From: Pseudomonadota bacterium | GTDB lineage: Bacteria; Pseudomonadota; Gammaproteobacteria; Pseudomonadales; Halieaceae | DNA length: 64,000 nucleotides | NCBI GenBank assembly: GCA_039190425.1 | Contig: JBCCYE010000013.1 | Location: 10,533 to 74,532, forward strand | Direction: 5' to 3' | Part shown: positions 49,415 through 61,739 of the stretch, one piece after another | Numbering within the stretch: position 1 is the stretch's first letter | Layout of the letters: every line of letters begins with the position of its first letter | The notes under the pieces: generated by a model | What the model was told of the DNA's origin: nothing | Database searches by the model: none | The model's input: the letters and a program-made list of their open reading frames with translations, nothing else | Position numbers and translations under genes: made by a program

Positions 49415-50497
49415 ATGCGATATACGGGCGACAACCAGTTCGATCACGGTCAGACGGACAAGGTCGGCGTGCTCATCACCAACCTGGGCACACCAGCTGC
49501 ACCCAAGCGTGCGGATCTGCGCCGTTATCTCAAGCAGTTTTTGAGCGACCCCCGTGTGGTCGAAGTTCCCCGAGCCCTGTGGTGGTTTATCCTCAACGGG
49601 GTCATTCTCAACATTCGGCCCGGGCGTTCCGCAGCCAGTTATCGACAGGTTTGGACTGACGCGGGCTCGCCACTGCTGCTGCATACGCAGGGACAGGCCA
49701 GGGCACTCAAAGATGTTTTGCAGCGCCGCCATGATGCTCGGGTGGTCGTAGACTTCGCCATGCGCTATGGCGAACCTGCCATCAGCGACGCCCTGCAAAG
49801 ATTGTTCAACGAGGGTGTCCGCAAACTCGTGGTGCTGCCCCTATACCCCCAGTACAGCTGCGCGACGACCGGTTCTACCTTCGATGCCATTAGTGCGGAC
49901 TTTACCCGCCGTCGTTGGCTTCCCGAGCTGGTGTTCATCAACCAGTACCACGACCACCCTGACTACATCGCCGCCCTGACGAGCAGCATCATCGATCATC
50001 GAGAACGGCATGGCACGGCGGATAAACTGCTTTTTTCCTACCACGGCGAACCGCGCTCTTATCTCGACAAGGGTGACCCTTACCACTGTCAGTGTCACAA
50101 AACCAGTCGACTTGTCGCGCAGCAGCTCGGCCTGACAGACAGCGACTACATGACCACATTCCAGTCGCGCTTCGGTCGGGCCGAATGGTTGCGACCTTAC
50201 ACGGATGAAGTCCTCAAAGCGCTGCCGGGTGAGGGCGTTAAGCGCGTTCAGGTCGTCTGCCCCGGTTTTTCAGCGGACTGTCTGGAGACGCTGGAGGAGA
50301 TAGACGAAGAGAACCGAGACTACTTTGTGGAATCCGGCGGTGAGAACTTCCAGTACATACCCTGCCTTAACAGTACCGAGGGCCACATCGAGGCACTGGC
50401 CAGCATTGTCGACCGACACTTGAGCGAATGGATCGACGTTGCCGATGATAGCGGTGGGCGCCGTGAACGCGCGCAGGCGCTCGGTGCAGGGTCCTAG
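49415..50497 (+). CDS. hemH: Ferrochelatase
   Basis: NLGTP, FLSDPRVVE, PLYPQYS, SYHG, FQSRFG, DCLETLEE. Confidence 0.95.
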   Translation: MRYTGDNQFDHGQTDKVGVLITNLGTPAAPKRADLRRYLKQFLSDPRVVEVPRALWWFILNGVILNIRPGRSAASYRQVWTDAGSPLLLHTQGQARALKDVLQRRHDARVVVDFAMRYGEPAISDALQRLFNEGVRKLVVLPLYPQYSCATTGSTFDAISADFTRRRWLPELVFINQYHDHPDYIAALTSSIIDHRERHGTADKLLFSYHGEPRSYLDKGDPYHCQCHKTSRLVAQQLGLTDSDYMTTFQSRFGRAEWLRPYTDEVLKALPGEGVKRVQVVCPGFSADCLETLEEIDEENRDYFVESGGENFQYIPCLNSTEGHIEALASIVDRHLSEWIDVADDSGGRRERAQALGAGS

Positions 50498-50524
50498 CGT
50501 CTACCCGGTATCGACCCAGGGGAG

Positions 50525-51349
50525 TTATTCGCCACCGTGCAGTGCAGTTGGTTCCAGTAAGCCCATGCACAGCGCCACACCGATGCCCATCAGAAACACC
50601 AGACTCATCTTCGCTCGATCGTGACTGTGAAACTGCACTTCCGGCAATAAATCGCTGAGTGCTATACAGATGAATGCGCCGGCAGCAAAAGCCAGGGCCA
50701 GAGCGATCGCGCGATCGCCACCGACAGCGTCTACACCAAAATAAAACAGCGCCGCGCCGATCGGACACATCAGCGCAAACACCGCATTGGTTGCCAGCCG
50801 CGCGCTCTTGCTCCAACCGCTGGATTGCATGATCGTCGCTATGGACATCGCGTCCAGAGGCTTGTGCAACAGGATCGCCAGAAACACCCCCACTCCCGCT
50901 AAGCCTGCCTCGCCCTCGCTACCGCGAATCGCTGCACCCAATGCGATACCGTCGATGAGCGTATGAACTCCCAGACCAAATGCAATACCCGCCCAGCTCA
51001 GCCTGTGTGCGCGGGCGGTGTGACGTTCCGCCGTTGAGGACTGACCCGTCGGGTCCCCTTCGTGCTGGTGGAACTGAAACCACCGTAGAAGCAGAAACAT
51101 GGTAACCAGACCTGCCATCAAAGAATTCACGGCGGTGTTAATCGGGTTTGGTCCGCCAAGCATCACAACGCTGTGCGGTAGGAGATGGAAGAACGCAACA
51201 CCCAGCATCAAGCCGGATACCAGACTCATCGCCAGCTGCGTCCGGGTATGCGTCATGCGCATCCACTGCGGTAACAGCCCACCCAGCACAGAGAACGCTG
51301 CAATAGCGAGGCTGTAGACAAACAGAAGGATTGTCGGTGACAAGGTCAT
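50525..51349 (-). CDS. ZIP-family metal transporter
   Basis: HLLPH, HTLIDG, LHKPLD, DLLPE; His-containing loop. Confidence 0.88.
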   Translation of the reverse strand: MTLSPTILLFVYSLAIAAFSVLGGLLPQWMRMTHTRTQLAMSLVSGLMLGVAFFHLLPHSVVMLGGPNPINTAVNSLMAGLVTMFLLLRWFQFHQHEGDPTGQSSTAERHTARAHRLSWAGIAFGLGVHTLIDGIALGAAIRGSEGEAGLAGVGVFLAILLHKPLDAMSIATIMQSSGWSKSARLATNAVFALMCPIGAALFYFGVDAVGGDRAIALALAFAAGAFICIALSDLLPEVQFHSHDRAKMSLVFLMGIGVALCMGLLEPTALHGGE

Positions 51350-51496
51350 TAGGAAGCCGGGCGACTTGGAAAACAGCACATTATTCCACAATCCAACGCC
51401 GCTGTGGGGCTCTCACCCAGCGCGGCGTCGCCCAAGACAACCGACGCAGCAACCGCCCCACTCACGCCCGCCTCGGAATCCGGGCTGGCGCAGCCA

Positions 51497-51525
51497 TTGA
51501 CAGTCAAACTAATGCCCATTAGTTT
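51497..51525 (+). promoter_or_regulatory. Promoter with overlapping palindromic operators for ALDH
   Basis: TTGACA-17 nt-TAGTTT; perfect inverted repeats AAACTAATG-CC-CATTAGTTT and TTGAC-A-GTCAA. Confidence 0.75.
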
Positions 51526-51550
51526 AGACCGAGATCAGGAGGGCTTTGCC

Positions 51551-53092
51551 ATGTCGATTTACGAATCCATAGAATCCAACGACTCACGCCGTCACCTGCT
51601 GTTGCGCAGTCCCGTTACTCTGGAGCCTCAGGGTGAGTTGGTTTGTGCGAACGCCGAAGACGTCGCTGCCGCGATCAGCAAGGCGAGGTCGGCACAACCG
51701 GCCTGGGCCGCCAGACCCATGTCGGAGCGCGCAGCGATCGTCGAAAAAGCTCTGCAGGTCGTCCTGGCGCGGCAGGATGAGATCATCGATACCGTCGTGC
51801 GCGAAACCGGCAAAGCGCGCACCGACGCCATGAGCATGGAAGTCTTTTCCGTTGCCGACCAGCTGTGCTATTACGCCAAAAATGCCGAGAAGTTCCTCAG
51901 GCCGCGAAAGCGCAAGGTGCATGGGCTGCTCGGACTCATGAAACAGTTACGGATTGTCTATAAACCACTCGGTGTCATCGGCCTGATCACGCCGTGGAAC
52001 GGACCTTTTGTACTGGTGATGAATCAGGCCTGCCAGGCGATGCTGGCAGGCAATACTGTTGTCGCGAAGGGTTCAGAAGTGACCCCTTACTCGGCAAAGC
52101 TCGCGGAGGATATCTTCCGCGAAGCAGGCCTGCCAGAGGGTGTGCTGCAAGTTTTGCTGGGAGATGGTGAAACCGGCGCTGCCATTGTCGAAGGTGGCGT
52201 TGATAAAGTGTCGTTCACCGGTTCTGTAGCCACCGGCCGCAAGGTCGCAGAGTCCTGCGCCCGACAGTTGATTCCAGTCACTCTGGAACTGGGCGGCAAC
52301 GACGCCATGATCGTCTGTGCAGATGCAGATCTGGACCGTGCGGCCGACGGTGCCTGGCTGGGCTCCTGCATGAACACCGGCCACTACTGTTGTGGTACTG
52401 AACGCATCTACGTAGTGAAAGAAGTCTACGACGATTTCCTCAAGCTCGTCCTCGAGAAGGGCAAGCAGATCAAACAGGGGCAGGAGCACGGCTGGGAAGA
52501 AGACGTAGGCGCCGTATTTTGGGACAGGCAGATGACCATCATTGAGTCACACGTTGAGGACGCTCGCGCAAAAGGCGCCAACATCTTGATGGGAGGTCGG
52601 CGCAACGCGGATCTACCCGGTTTATACTACGAGCCAACGGTCATAACGGAGGTCGACAACAGCATGGACATCATGGTGCTGGAGACCTTTGGCCCCATTT
52701 TGTGCATCCAAAAAGTGGCCAGCGAAGAGGAAGCTCTGAAGCTCGCCAATGATTCGGAGTTTGGCCTGAACGGCAATGTCTGGACAAAGGATAAGGATAA
52801 GGGCTATCAACTGGCCAAGGCCATCGATACCGGTTCCTGCAGCGTGAATGATATGGCGGTCAGCTACGGCATCCCCGCAGCGCCCTTTGGCGGCAAGAAG
52901 AATTCCGGCGTCGGCCAGGTCAATGGAAAAAAAGGCCTGCGCGGTTACACGCACGAAATGCCGATTGTCATCGACCGGTTTGGTGGCAAGATGCAAAACG
53001 CCTATCCCAACAATGTTAAGAGCGCAGAGGGTATGAAGAAGCTCATGGACTTCCTGTGGGTGAAAACCCCGCTGGGCAAGTGGCTGAGCTAA
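51551..53092 (+). CDS. Aldehyde dehydrogenase
   Basis: PWNGP, FTGS, LELGG, GHYCCG, ETFGP; CAGGAGG RBS. Confidence 0.92.
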   Translation: MSIYESIESNDSRRHLLLRSPVTLEPQGELVCANAEDVAAAISKARSAQPAWAARPMSERAAIVEKALQVVLARQDEIIDTVVRETGKARTDAMSMEVFSVADQLCYYAKNAEKFLRPRKRKVHGLLGLMKQLRIVYKPLGVIGLITPWNGPFVLVMNQACQAMLAGNTVVAKGSEVTPYSAKLAEDIFREAGLPEGVLQVLLGDGETGAAIVEGGVDKVSFTGSVATGRKVAESCARQLIPVTLELGGNDAMIVCADADLDRAADGAWLGSCMNTGHYCCGTERIYVVKEVYDDFLKLVLEKGKQIKQGQEHGWEEDVGAVFWDRQMTIIESHVEDARAKGANILMGGRRNADLPGLYYEPTVITEVDNSMDIMVLETFGPILCIQKVASEEEALKLANDSEFGLNGNVWTKDKDKGYQLAKAIDTGSCSVNDMAVSYGIPAAPFGGKKNSGVGQVNGKKGLRGYTHEMPIVIDRFGGKMQNAYPNNVKSAEGMKKLMDFLWVKTPLGKWLS

Positions 53093-53096
53093 GCGC

Positions 53097-54243
53097 GTAT
53101 CCACTGCGCCCACCCACTGACCGCGGGTAGTGCAACAGCCGAGAGGTCTGCGTCGGGGCCAGACGCCGTTAAGCGCCACCTCCGGCCAGCGTGCCGCGTC
53201 TAGTGCGCGGCCTAGCCAGTTGGCGTAGAATGCCCCACCAGAGTCACTAGAACCTCATCGGTATGTCAGATAAAAAAGAAGAAGCGCGTCTCAAGTGGAT
53301 TCGTCGGATACGCAAGACTTACAGGAACTTGACGACCCCACTGGCCATCGTTTTCATCACTTACTCGCAGAAAATTCATCCGGCGTATGAGATGACCTGG
53401 TCCAAGCGAATGAAGCTAGGCTGGCGTTTCATGCGCAACTTTCACAAGATCCGTTCCGGCACCTCCTGGCGCGCTCACCTCGTCATGGCCATGCGGGTTC
53501 TGGAAACCCCCCCCGACGTCGAAGGCTGTATCGTGGAATGTGGATGCTGGAAAGGCGGGGCGACCGTCAACCTTTCATTGATTGCCGCCATCACCGGGCG
53601 GACGCTGAAGGTGTACGACTCTTTCGAGGGCCTGCCGCCGCCAGAAAAGGGTGATCCAGTCGCCGAGCGAGCTTTCAAGAACGGTTTCGTCGCAGGCGCT
53701 TTTTCCGGATCTCTGGACGAGGTCAAGGGCAACGTTGAGCGACTGGGTGACATCTCCGTGTGCGAGTTTCACAGGGGTTGGTTTGCCGATACTCTGCCTC
53801 ACCACGATGGCCCTATTGCACTGGCATTCTGGGACGTGGATTTCTACGCGAGCCTGCACGATTGCCTGATTAATCTGTGGCCCTGGATCGTGGAGGACGG
53901 CTACGTGTGCATGGACGAGTATCGCAATGTGCCGTATTGCTCTGTGTTTTACTCCGAAAAGTACTGGGACAAATACTTCTCCACGGTCCCCCCAGGCCTG
54001 GTGGGCATAGGAACCGGGGTTCAGGTAGGCATGGTCTATACAGACCACACCCTGAAGGGGATGGGTCCCGAGGGACAGAAACGCATGATGGGGCCGGAAA
54101 GTGTGGCTATTTGCACCAAAGGCACCCGCGCCATCTGGGAGTACTATCCCGATGAAATTGCGACCTCCAGTGACAAGCCTCAAGAGGAGCAACCGCAGGC
54201 TGCCACGTAACCCTGGCCCGTTGCGCAGCGGCGCAGTGGATAC
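53097..54243. repeat. 14-bp perfect inverted repeat pair bracketing the TylF gene
   Basis: GTATCCACTGCGCC at 53097-53110; GGCGCAGTGGATAC at 54230-54243. Confidence 0.7.
53263..54210 (+). CDS. TylF/MycF/NovP-family O-methyltransferase
   Basis: IVECGCWKGG, DSFEGLP, GWFADTL, DVDFY, DEY. Confidence 0.85.
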   Translation: MSDKKEEARLKWIRRIRKTYRNLTTPLAIVFITYSQKIHPAYEMTWSKRMKLGWRFMRNFHKIRSGTSWRAHLVMAMRVLETPPDVEGCIVECGCWKGGATVNLSLIAAITGRTLKVYDSFEGLPPPEKGDPVAERAFKNGFVAGAFSGSLDEVKGNVERLGDISVCEFHRGWFADTLPHHDGPIALAFWDVDFYASLHDCLINLWPWIVEDGYVCMDEYRNVPYCSVFYSEKYWDKYFSTVPPGLVGIGTGVQVGMVYTDHTLKGMGPEGQKRMMGPESVAICTKGTRAIWEYYPDEIATSSDKPQEEQPQAAT

Positions 54244-54264
54244 CACGACACGCCGCTAGCCTAT

Positions 54265-55386
54265 TCAGACCAACACCATGTTGTCCCGATGTATCAGCTC
54301 TTCATCCGCCAGATAGCCCAGCGTGGGTTCTATCTGAGATGAGGGCTGGCCCATGATCTCGCGGGTTTCGACGGCACCATAGTTCACCAGTCCGCGGGCG
54401 ACTTCTGTTCCATCAGGTCCCATACACGACACCATATCGCCGCGCATAAACTGGCCCTGTACGTCGCGAACTCCGACAGGCAACAGGCTGCGTCCGGAGT
54501 CCCGCAAGACCGCTACCGCACCCGCGTCCAGCAGCAGGGTCCCGCTGATCTTGACCATGCTTGCGAGCCACTGCTTACGGGCAGCCTGTGGCGGCTGCCC
54601 CGCCTGAAGCCAGGTACCTACGCTTTTTCCGGCCGCCACCGCCGCAACGACATCGTCCCCTCGACCCCCCGCAATGAGCGTTTCGGTACCAGAACGAGCC
54701 GCCACTCGAGCCGCACGCAGCTTGGTCACCATACCTCCGCGGCCCAGGGCACCGCCTTCCCCTGCCATGGTATCCAGTGCGGGGTCATCTACCGCACTGG
54801 TTGTAACCAGCGTTGCGTTTGGATTACGGCGCGGATCTTCGCGAAACAAACCCGGCTGATCGGTCAATAGCAGCAGCGCGTCGGCATCAATCAGATTGGC
54901 TACCAGCGCCGCCAGAGTATCATTGTCGCCAAAGCGAATTTCCTCGGTGACCACGGTATCGTTTTCATTCACGATCGGAACCACGCCGAGTCGCAACAGT
55001 GTCTTCAATGTGCCGCGCGCGTTGAGGTAGCGATCTCTGGCAGTCACGTCGTCGTGGCCCAACAGTACTTGCGCAGTGGTAACGGCGTGGGCTTCAAAAG
55101 CCGTCTGATATTGTTGTACCAACGCCGATTGACCTACCGCAGCAGCAGCCTGAAGATCGTGCACCTGGTGTGGTCGACTGTCCCAGCCCAGCCGCACGAG
55201 ACCCGCTGCTACGGCGCCGCTCGACACCAGGACGACCTCACAGCCGTCGGCCCGCAGCTTCACAAGCTGCGCCACCAGAGCGCTGACCACGCCAGCATTA
55301 AGTCCACGGCCATCGTCCGTGAGCAGGGCACTACCGACTTTGACTACCCAGCGTCGCGCATCTGCTATCTCCCGTCGTTCACTCAT
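54265..55386 (-). CDS. proB: Glutamate 5-kinase
   Basis: VKVGS, SSGAV, NENDTV, FGDNDTL, GGMVTK, PUA domain ending HRDNMV. Confidence 0.97.
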   Translation of the reverse strand: MSERREIADARRWVVKVGSALLTDDGRGLNAGVVSALVAQLVKLRADGCEVVLVSSGAVAAGLVRLGWDSRPHQVHDLQAAAAVGQSALVQQYQTAFEAHAVTTAQVLLGHDDVTARDRYLNARGTLKTLLRLGVVPIVNENDTVVTEEIRFGDNDTLAALVANLIDADALLLLTDQPGLFREDPRRNPNATLVTTSAVDDPALDTMAGEGGALGRGGMVTKLRAARVAARSGTETLIAGGRGDDVVAAVAAGKSVGTWLQAGQPPQAARKQWLASMVKISGTLLLDAGAVAVLRDSGRSLLPVGVRDVQGQFMRGDMVSCMGPDGTEVARGLVNYGAVETREIMGQPSSQIEPTLGYLADEELIHRDNMVLV

Positions 55387-55415
55387 ACAAGCTACTTCCC
55401 ACAGCCGAGTAGGAG

Positions 55416-56729
<1,314 letters not shown>

Positions 56730-56752
56730 GTGTCATTCGCGTTGCTTGCGAC

Positions 56753-57010
56753 TCAGGCGCTCACCACCTGCACAAACTTGCGGTTTTTCGGTCCGCGGGT
56801 GACAAACTCCACTGTGCCGTCGGCCTTGGCATACAGCGTGTGGTCTTTGCCGATGCCAACGTTTTCACCCGCGTGAAAACGCGTTCCACGCTGCCGGATG
56901 ATGATGTTTCCAGCCTTCACGGATTCTCCGCCGAAGGTCTTGACGCCCAGCCGCTTACTGACTGAATCGCGTCCATTGCGGGTGCTACCCCCAGCTTTCT
57001 TGTGTGCCAT
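56753..57010 (-). CDS. rpmA: 50S ribosomal protein L27
   Basis: [16 protein letters not shown]. Confidence 0.99.
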   Translation of the reverse strand: MAHKKAGGSTRNGRDSVSKRLGVKTFGGESVKAGNIIIRQRGTRFHAGENVGIGKDHTLYAKADGTVEFVTRGPKNRKFVQVVSA

Positions 57011-57023
57011 ACTACCGACCCCC

Positions 57024-57332
57024 TCAGGCAGAGATGCCCGTTATCTTTACCTCGGTATACCACTGGCGGTGGCCAGTTTCTTTCCGATGGTGCTTGCGAC
57101 GATTGAATTTAACGATTTTCACTTTTTTGTGACGGCCGTGAGTCACCACCTCCGCGGTGACTTTGGAACCCTCGACCAGCGGAGTACCGATCTTTACATC
57201 GTCTCCGCCAACCATTAAGACACGGTCAAACTCGACAGTATCGCCGGTGGCGGCCTCTATTTTCTCCAGTTTGAGGGTCTCACCCTCGGTGACGCGATGT
57301 TGTTTGCCACCGCTTTCAATGACTGCGTACAT
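57024..57332 (-). CDS. rplU: 50S ribosomal protein L21
   Basis: [14 protein letters not shown]...GHRQWYT. Confidence 0.99.
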   Translation of the reverse strand: MYAVIESGGKQHRVTEGETLKLEKIEAATGDTVEFDRVLMVGGDDVKIGTPLVEGSKVTAEVVTHGRHKKVKIVKFNRRKHHRKETGHRQWYTEVKITGISA

Positions 57333-57529
57333 GGTACACTCCGTTCAATTAGCCTGCTCGCAGTTCGAAGACCCGGAACACGGACCAGCAACGTTCAGGG
57401 GGCAGAGCCAGGCACAAACAGTTGGTTAAGCCATCCATTGACCCATCGGCCTGTCGACCTATCGATCTACACGACTTATCATTGGTACCCGCCGTACCAA
57501 ACTTCTGTGGCAGCTACCAGAGGGCGGCG

Positions 57530-57558
57530 ATTGTACGCAAATACCAACCCTGCAGCAA
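57530..57558 (-). promoter_or_regulatory. Promoter for rplU-rpmA
   Basis: Minus strand TTGCTG-17 nt-TACAAT followed by a GC-rich discriminator. Confidence 0.6.
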
Positions 57559-57617
57559 GCCTTAATTTTTTCCAGAAAACAATGGCTTGCGGAGCATTCG
57601 ATGCATTTTACGGGCGC

Positions 57618-57646
57618 TTGACAGGGTTCCGGGTGCAGCCTAGCAT
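57618..57646 (+). promoter_or_regulatory. Promoter for ispB
   Basis: TTGACA-17 nt-TAGCAT. Confidence 0.7.
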
Positions 57647-57670
57647 GCGCGGGCAGCTGACAGGACCATT

Positions 57671-58642
57671 TTGACACTCATGGAACACATTCGCGCCGCC
57701 GTCGAGCGGGAGTTCGAGCAGGTCAACGCGCTCATCATTGACCAGCTGCAGTCGGACGTGGCGATGGTCGAAAATGTCGGCCACTACATCGTCGACGCCG
57801 GCGGTAAACGCCTGCGTCCGCTGCTGGTGCTACTGTGCGGGTCGGCACTCGGTGGATGCAGACCCGCGCACATTCAGTTCGCAGCGACCGTCGAATTCAT
57901 CCATACGGCCACGCTGCTGCACGATGATGTGGTCGACTTTTCCAACCTGCGCCGCGGCCGGCCTACAGCCAACGCCGAATTTGGCAATGCACCCTCTGTG
58001 CTGGTGGGCGACTTTCTCTACACCCGAGCCTTCCAGCTGATGGTTCAGTTGGGAAACGCCGACATTCTGCGATACATGGCCGACACCACAAACACCATCG
58101 CCGAGGGCGAGGTTCTGCAGTTGGTACGAGCCGGCAATCCAGAGACTTCCCAAGAACAGTATCTGGACGTGATTACCCGCAAAACCGCCGTCCTCTTCGC
58201 GGCGGGCTGCCACGGGGCCGCCGTTCTCGCGGATGCCGATATTGAGCAAAGGAATGCGCTGGAAACGTTCGGTTTGAACCTGGGTATCGCATTCCAGATG
58301 ATTGACGACCTGCTCGATTACGATGGGGACCCGGGCACCATGGGCAAGAACGTCGGCGATGATCTGACCGAGGGCAAAGTCACCCTGCCACTGATCTACA
58401 CCCTGCAACACGCCGACGATGAGGCCAGCGAGCTTGTGCGCCGGGCCATCAGAGACAAGAGTGCCGAGAACATTGACGCCGTCACAGACGCCGTGCGAAC
58501 GTGCGGCGCACTGGACTATACACGCGAGTGCGCCATGCGCTATCACAATGACGCACTGCAATGCCTGCGCCGACTGCCTTCCAGCGAGGCTGGCAAGGCC
58601 ATGCACGCCCTTACAGAACTCGCCATAGAAAGACGTCACTGA
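57671..58642 (+). CDS. ispB: Octaprenyl-diphosphate synthase
   Basis: GGKRLRP, LHDDVVD, FQMIDD, GKNVGDDL.EGK; divergent from rplU. Confidence 0.95.
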   Translation: MTLMEHIRAAVEREFEQVNALIIDQLQSDVAMVENVGHYIVDAGGKRLRPLLVLLCGSALGGCRPAHIQFAATVEFIHTATLLHDDVVDFSNLRRGRPTANAEFGNAPSVLVGDFLYTRAFQLMVQLGNADILRYMADTTNTIAEGEVLQLVRAGNPETSQEQYLDVITRKTAVLFAAGCHGAAVLADADIEQRNALETFGLNLGIAFQMIDDLLDYDGDPGTMGKNVGDDLTEGKVTLPLIYTLQHADDEASELVRRAIRDKSAENIDAVTDAVRTCGALDYTRECAMRYHNDALQCLRRLPSSEAGKAMHALTELAIERRH

Positions 58643-58724
58643 GACCGGCACCGATTGCAGCGACGGATCGCTGTTCCTATACTCATCGCTGGCGCGCGAT
58701 ACCACCCCCAATTGTGAGACTTCC

Positions 58725-60356
58725 ATGCTCGAGCCTTTCCTGTTGAGCGACAGCCCTTTGGATTCGCCACTGCGCGAGCAGGCGCGCCTCCTGTCGACGC
58801 AAAGCCTGCTGGACTTGTTCAGGGAGGATCCGCAGCGCTTGCGGACGTTCAGGCTCGAAGCGGCCGGCCTGGGACTGGATTTCTCCAAGCATCTGCTGGA
58901 TCGAACCGCTCTGGAGACCTTGCATGGACTGGCGGCGGCAGCACGGCTGCCCGAGCGAGCTAGGGCGCTTATGGCAGGGGAGTCGGTGAACAATACGGAA
59001 CACCGTCCCGCCCTGCACAGCCTGCTGCGGGGCAGTGGGCGCGAAGCGCTGCCAGACCTCTATCGCGAGGTAACGAAAACCCAGGCACGAATGCGTTCTT
59101 GGGTTCAGGCCTTGAACGAGGGGCAGCATACGGGATTTGGCGGTCAGCCAATGACCGACGTGTTGAACATTGGGATTGGCGGTTCAGACCTCGGCCCCAG
59201 GCTGGTAACGGAAGCACTGCAGCCTTACGGGGGGAGACTGCGCATTCACTATGTCGCCAATGTGGATCCGGCGGATCTCGAGGCGATACTGCCCGAACTT
59301 AACCCCGCCACCACGATGGTCGTCGTGTGTTCCAAGTCCTTCCGTACGGAGGAGACCCTCGCCAACAGTACTGCCGCCCGGCGCTGGCTGCTAGAGGGCG
59401 GTGTACCTGAGTCGCATCTGGCTCGACACGTGCTCGCAGTGACCACCAATCTCACAGCTGCCGAAGAATTCGGACTTCCTGCCGATAACTGCCTCCCCCT
59501 GTGGGACTGGGTGGGAGGTCGATACTCCATCTGGTCTGCCGTCGGCATCAGCCCTGCCATCGGCATTGGTTGGGATAACTTTCAGGCCCTGCTGGACGGC
59601 GCCGCTGCGATGGACCACCACTTTGCCTCCACTACCGTGTCAGACAATATGCCCGTGCTGATGTCGCTCTTGGAAGTCTGGTACGGCAATTATTTTGGCG
59701 CGACCAATCACGTCGTGCTGCCGTACGACCACAGTCTCAGGCGGTTGCCGGATTTTCTCCAGCAGCTCACCATGGAGAGTAATGGCAAACGTGTGCGCAC
59801 CGACGGCAGCGAGCTGAACTGCCCTTCTGCGCCCGTGCTGTGGGGGTCAGCGGGCACGCTAGGTCAGCACTCATTCCATCAGCTGCTGCATCAGGGGACC
59901 CAGCTGTGTCCAGCAGACTTCGTACTGCCGTTAACCAGCCATAGCAAAAACGCGCAGCAGCATCGCAAACTCGTCGCCAACGGCCTCGCCCAGAGTCGCG
60001 CGCTTATGGTGGGTCGCTCTCTCGCTGAGGCAACCGAATCACTGCTGGAAAGGGGCCATTCCCAAGACGAGGCACAGCGGCTCGCACCCCACCTTGTGAT
60101 GCCAGGAAATCGCCCCAGCAGCGTGATCAGCATGCCGTCATTGACGCCCCACAGTCTTGGCGCACTGCTGGCACTGTACGAACACCGCACGTTCTGCAGC
60201 AGCCAGCTGTGGGGCATCAATGCGTTTGACCAATGGGGTGTCGAACTCGGTAAGGAAATCGGCGAGAAGATTCTGGCGCGCCTCGAGGGTCAATCGAGCA
60301 ATACTTTAGACCCCTCGACGGAACAGCTGATCAAAGCCTGGAAGCAGACGCAGTGA
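58725..60356 (+). CDS. pgi: Glucose-6-phosphate isomerase
   Basis: GIGGSDLGP, VGGRYS, QQLTMESNGK, FDQWGVELGK. Confidence 0.96.
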   Translation: MLEPFLLSDSPLDSPLREQARLLSTQSLLDLFREDPQRLRTFRLEAAGLGLDFSKHLLDRTALETLHGLAAAARLPERARALMAGESVNNTEHRPALHSLLRGSGREALPDLYREVTKTQARMRSWVQALNEGQHTGFGGQPMTDVLNIGIGGSDLGPRLVTEALQPYGGRLRIHYVANVDPADLEAILPELNPATTMVVVCSKSFRTEETLANSTAARRWLLEGGVPESHLARHVLAVTTNLTAAEEFGLPADNCLPLWDWVGGRYSIWSAVGISPAIGIGWDNFQALLDGAAAMDHHFASTTVSDNMPVLMSLLEVWYGNYFGATNHVVLPYDHSLRRLPDFLQQLTMESNGKRVRTDGSELNCPSAPVLWGSAGTLGQHSFHQLLHQGTQLCPADFVLPLTSHSKNAQQHRKLVANGLAQSRALMVGRSLAEATESLLERGHSQDEAQRLAPHLVMPGNRPSSVISMPSLTPHSLGALLALYEHRTFCSSQLWGINAFDQWGVELGKEIGEKILARLEGQSSNTLDPSTEQLIKAWKQTQ

Positions 60357-60369
60357 ATCGTTACCTGAA

Positions 60370-61719
60370 TCAGGCGTCGATCAGGGCTAGTAGCTCCTTT
60401 GTCTTGCTGAGCATCAACGCTTCATCGGCTCGGCTTTCTACGTTCAACCGGACCACTGGCTCGGTATTGGACATGCGCAGATTGAAGCGCCAGTCGCCCA
60501 TATCGACGCTCAGGCCGTCGACCTTCTCGACGCTTTTGGCTGCCTCAGCGAAGGCGGCCTCAACGCGGCCGAGGACCACTTGCGGATCTTCAATGGTGCG
60601 GTTGATCTCTCCGCTGCACGGGTACGCCGCCATACGTTGAGCCACCATAACCGACAGCGACTCACCCCGGGTACTGATGAGTTCGGTCACAAGGAGCCAT
60701 GGAATCATCCCACTGTCGCAATAGGCGAAGTCGCGAAAGTAATGATGCGCACTCATTTCGCCACCGTATACTGCGTTTTCGAGGCGCATCCGTTCTTTGA
60801 TGAAAGCATGACCCGTTTTGCTTTGTACAGCGGTCCCGCCCAGTGAGTTGACAATATCCACCGTGTTCCAGGTTAGTCTGGGATCGTGTACTACGCTTGC
60901 TGCACCGTGCTGTTTGAGGAACGCCTCGGCCAAAAGACCCACGACGTAGTAACCCTCGATAAACTCTCCGTGTTCGTCGAAGAAGAAGCACCGGTCAAAA
61001 TCGCCGTCCCAGCCGATACCAAGATCAGCGCCGTGTTCCCGAACCGCAGCAATTGCCGCCGTGCGGTTTTCAGGCAATAGCGGATTGGGCACGCCATTGG
61101 GATAGTTCCCATCGGCCTCGTGATGCAACTTGATAAACTCAAATGGCAAATGCGGCTCGAGCAAATCCACTACTCGACCCGCGCCTCCATTACCGGCATC
61201 CACGACAATTTTCAAGGGCTTCAGGGCTGCGACGTCAACATACGACAACAAGTGATCGACATAGGCCGCCGATGTATCCAGCGCCTGCAGCGTACCCGGC
61301 TCGGCACTTGCGCTAAAACTGTCTTCTTCCGCCAGCCGCTTGATATCGAATAGCCCGGTGTCACCCGAAATCGGCCGCGAATCTTCTCGCACAAATTTCA
61401 TGCCATTGTAGTCTTTGGGGTTGTGGCTGGCGGTAACCGCTATCCCACCGTCCATGCCCGCATGCGATGTCGCGAAGTAGATCTCCTCGGTACCGCACAA
61501 GCCGATGTCGTAGACCTCCACTCCTTGTTCCAGGAGGCCATCAGTTAATGCGCCTTTGATCGCTTCGCTACTCAGGCGAATGTCATGGCCCACAACGACT
61601 TTCTTCGGTTTTACAACCTCTGCATACGCGCGCCCGATCCGTCGAGCAATATCTTCGTTCAGTTGGTCAGGTACGCGGCCGCGCACATCATAGGCTTTAA
61701 AGCATGTGATTTCAGACAC
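60370..61719 (-). CDS. manB: Phosphomannomutase
   Basis: [26 protein letters not shown]. Confidence 0.93.
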   Translation of the reverse strand: MSEITCFKAYDVRGRVPDQLNEDIARRIGRAYAEVVKPKKVVVGHDIRLSSEAIKGALTDGLLEQGVEVYDIGLCGTEEIYFATSHAGMDGGIAVTASHNPKDYNGMKFVREDSRPISGDTGLFDIKRLAEEDSFSASAEPGTLQALDTSAAYVDHLLSYVDVAALKPLKIVVDAGNGGAGRVVDLLEPHLPFEFIKLHHEADGNYPNGVPNPLLPENRTAAIAAVREHGADLGIGWDGDFDRCFFFDEHGEFIEGYYVVGLLAEAFLKQHGAASVVHDPRLTWNTVDIVNSLGGTAVQSKTGHAFIKERMRLENAVYGGEMSAHHYFRDFAYCDSGMIPWLLVTELISTRGESLSVMVAQRMAAYPCSGEINRTIEDPQVVLGRVEAAFAEAAKSVEKVDGLSVDMGDWRFNLRMSNTEPVVRLNVESRADEALMLSKTKELLALIDA

Positions 61720-61739
61720 AGATGGTTCACTCTTGTTGT

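Noticed and set aside
57830-58993. 387-aa ORF antisense to ispB and pgi
   Set aside because: It lies opposite two conserved core genes and has no recognisable features.
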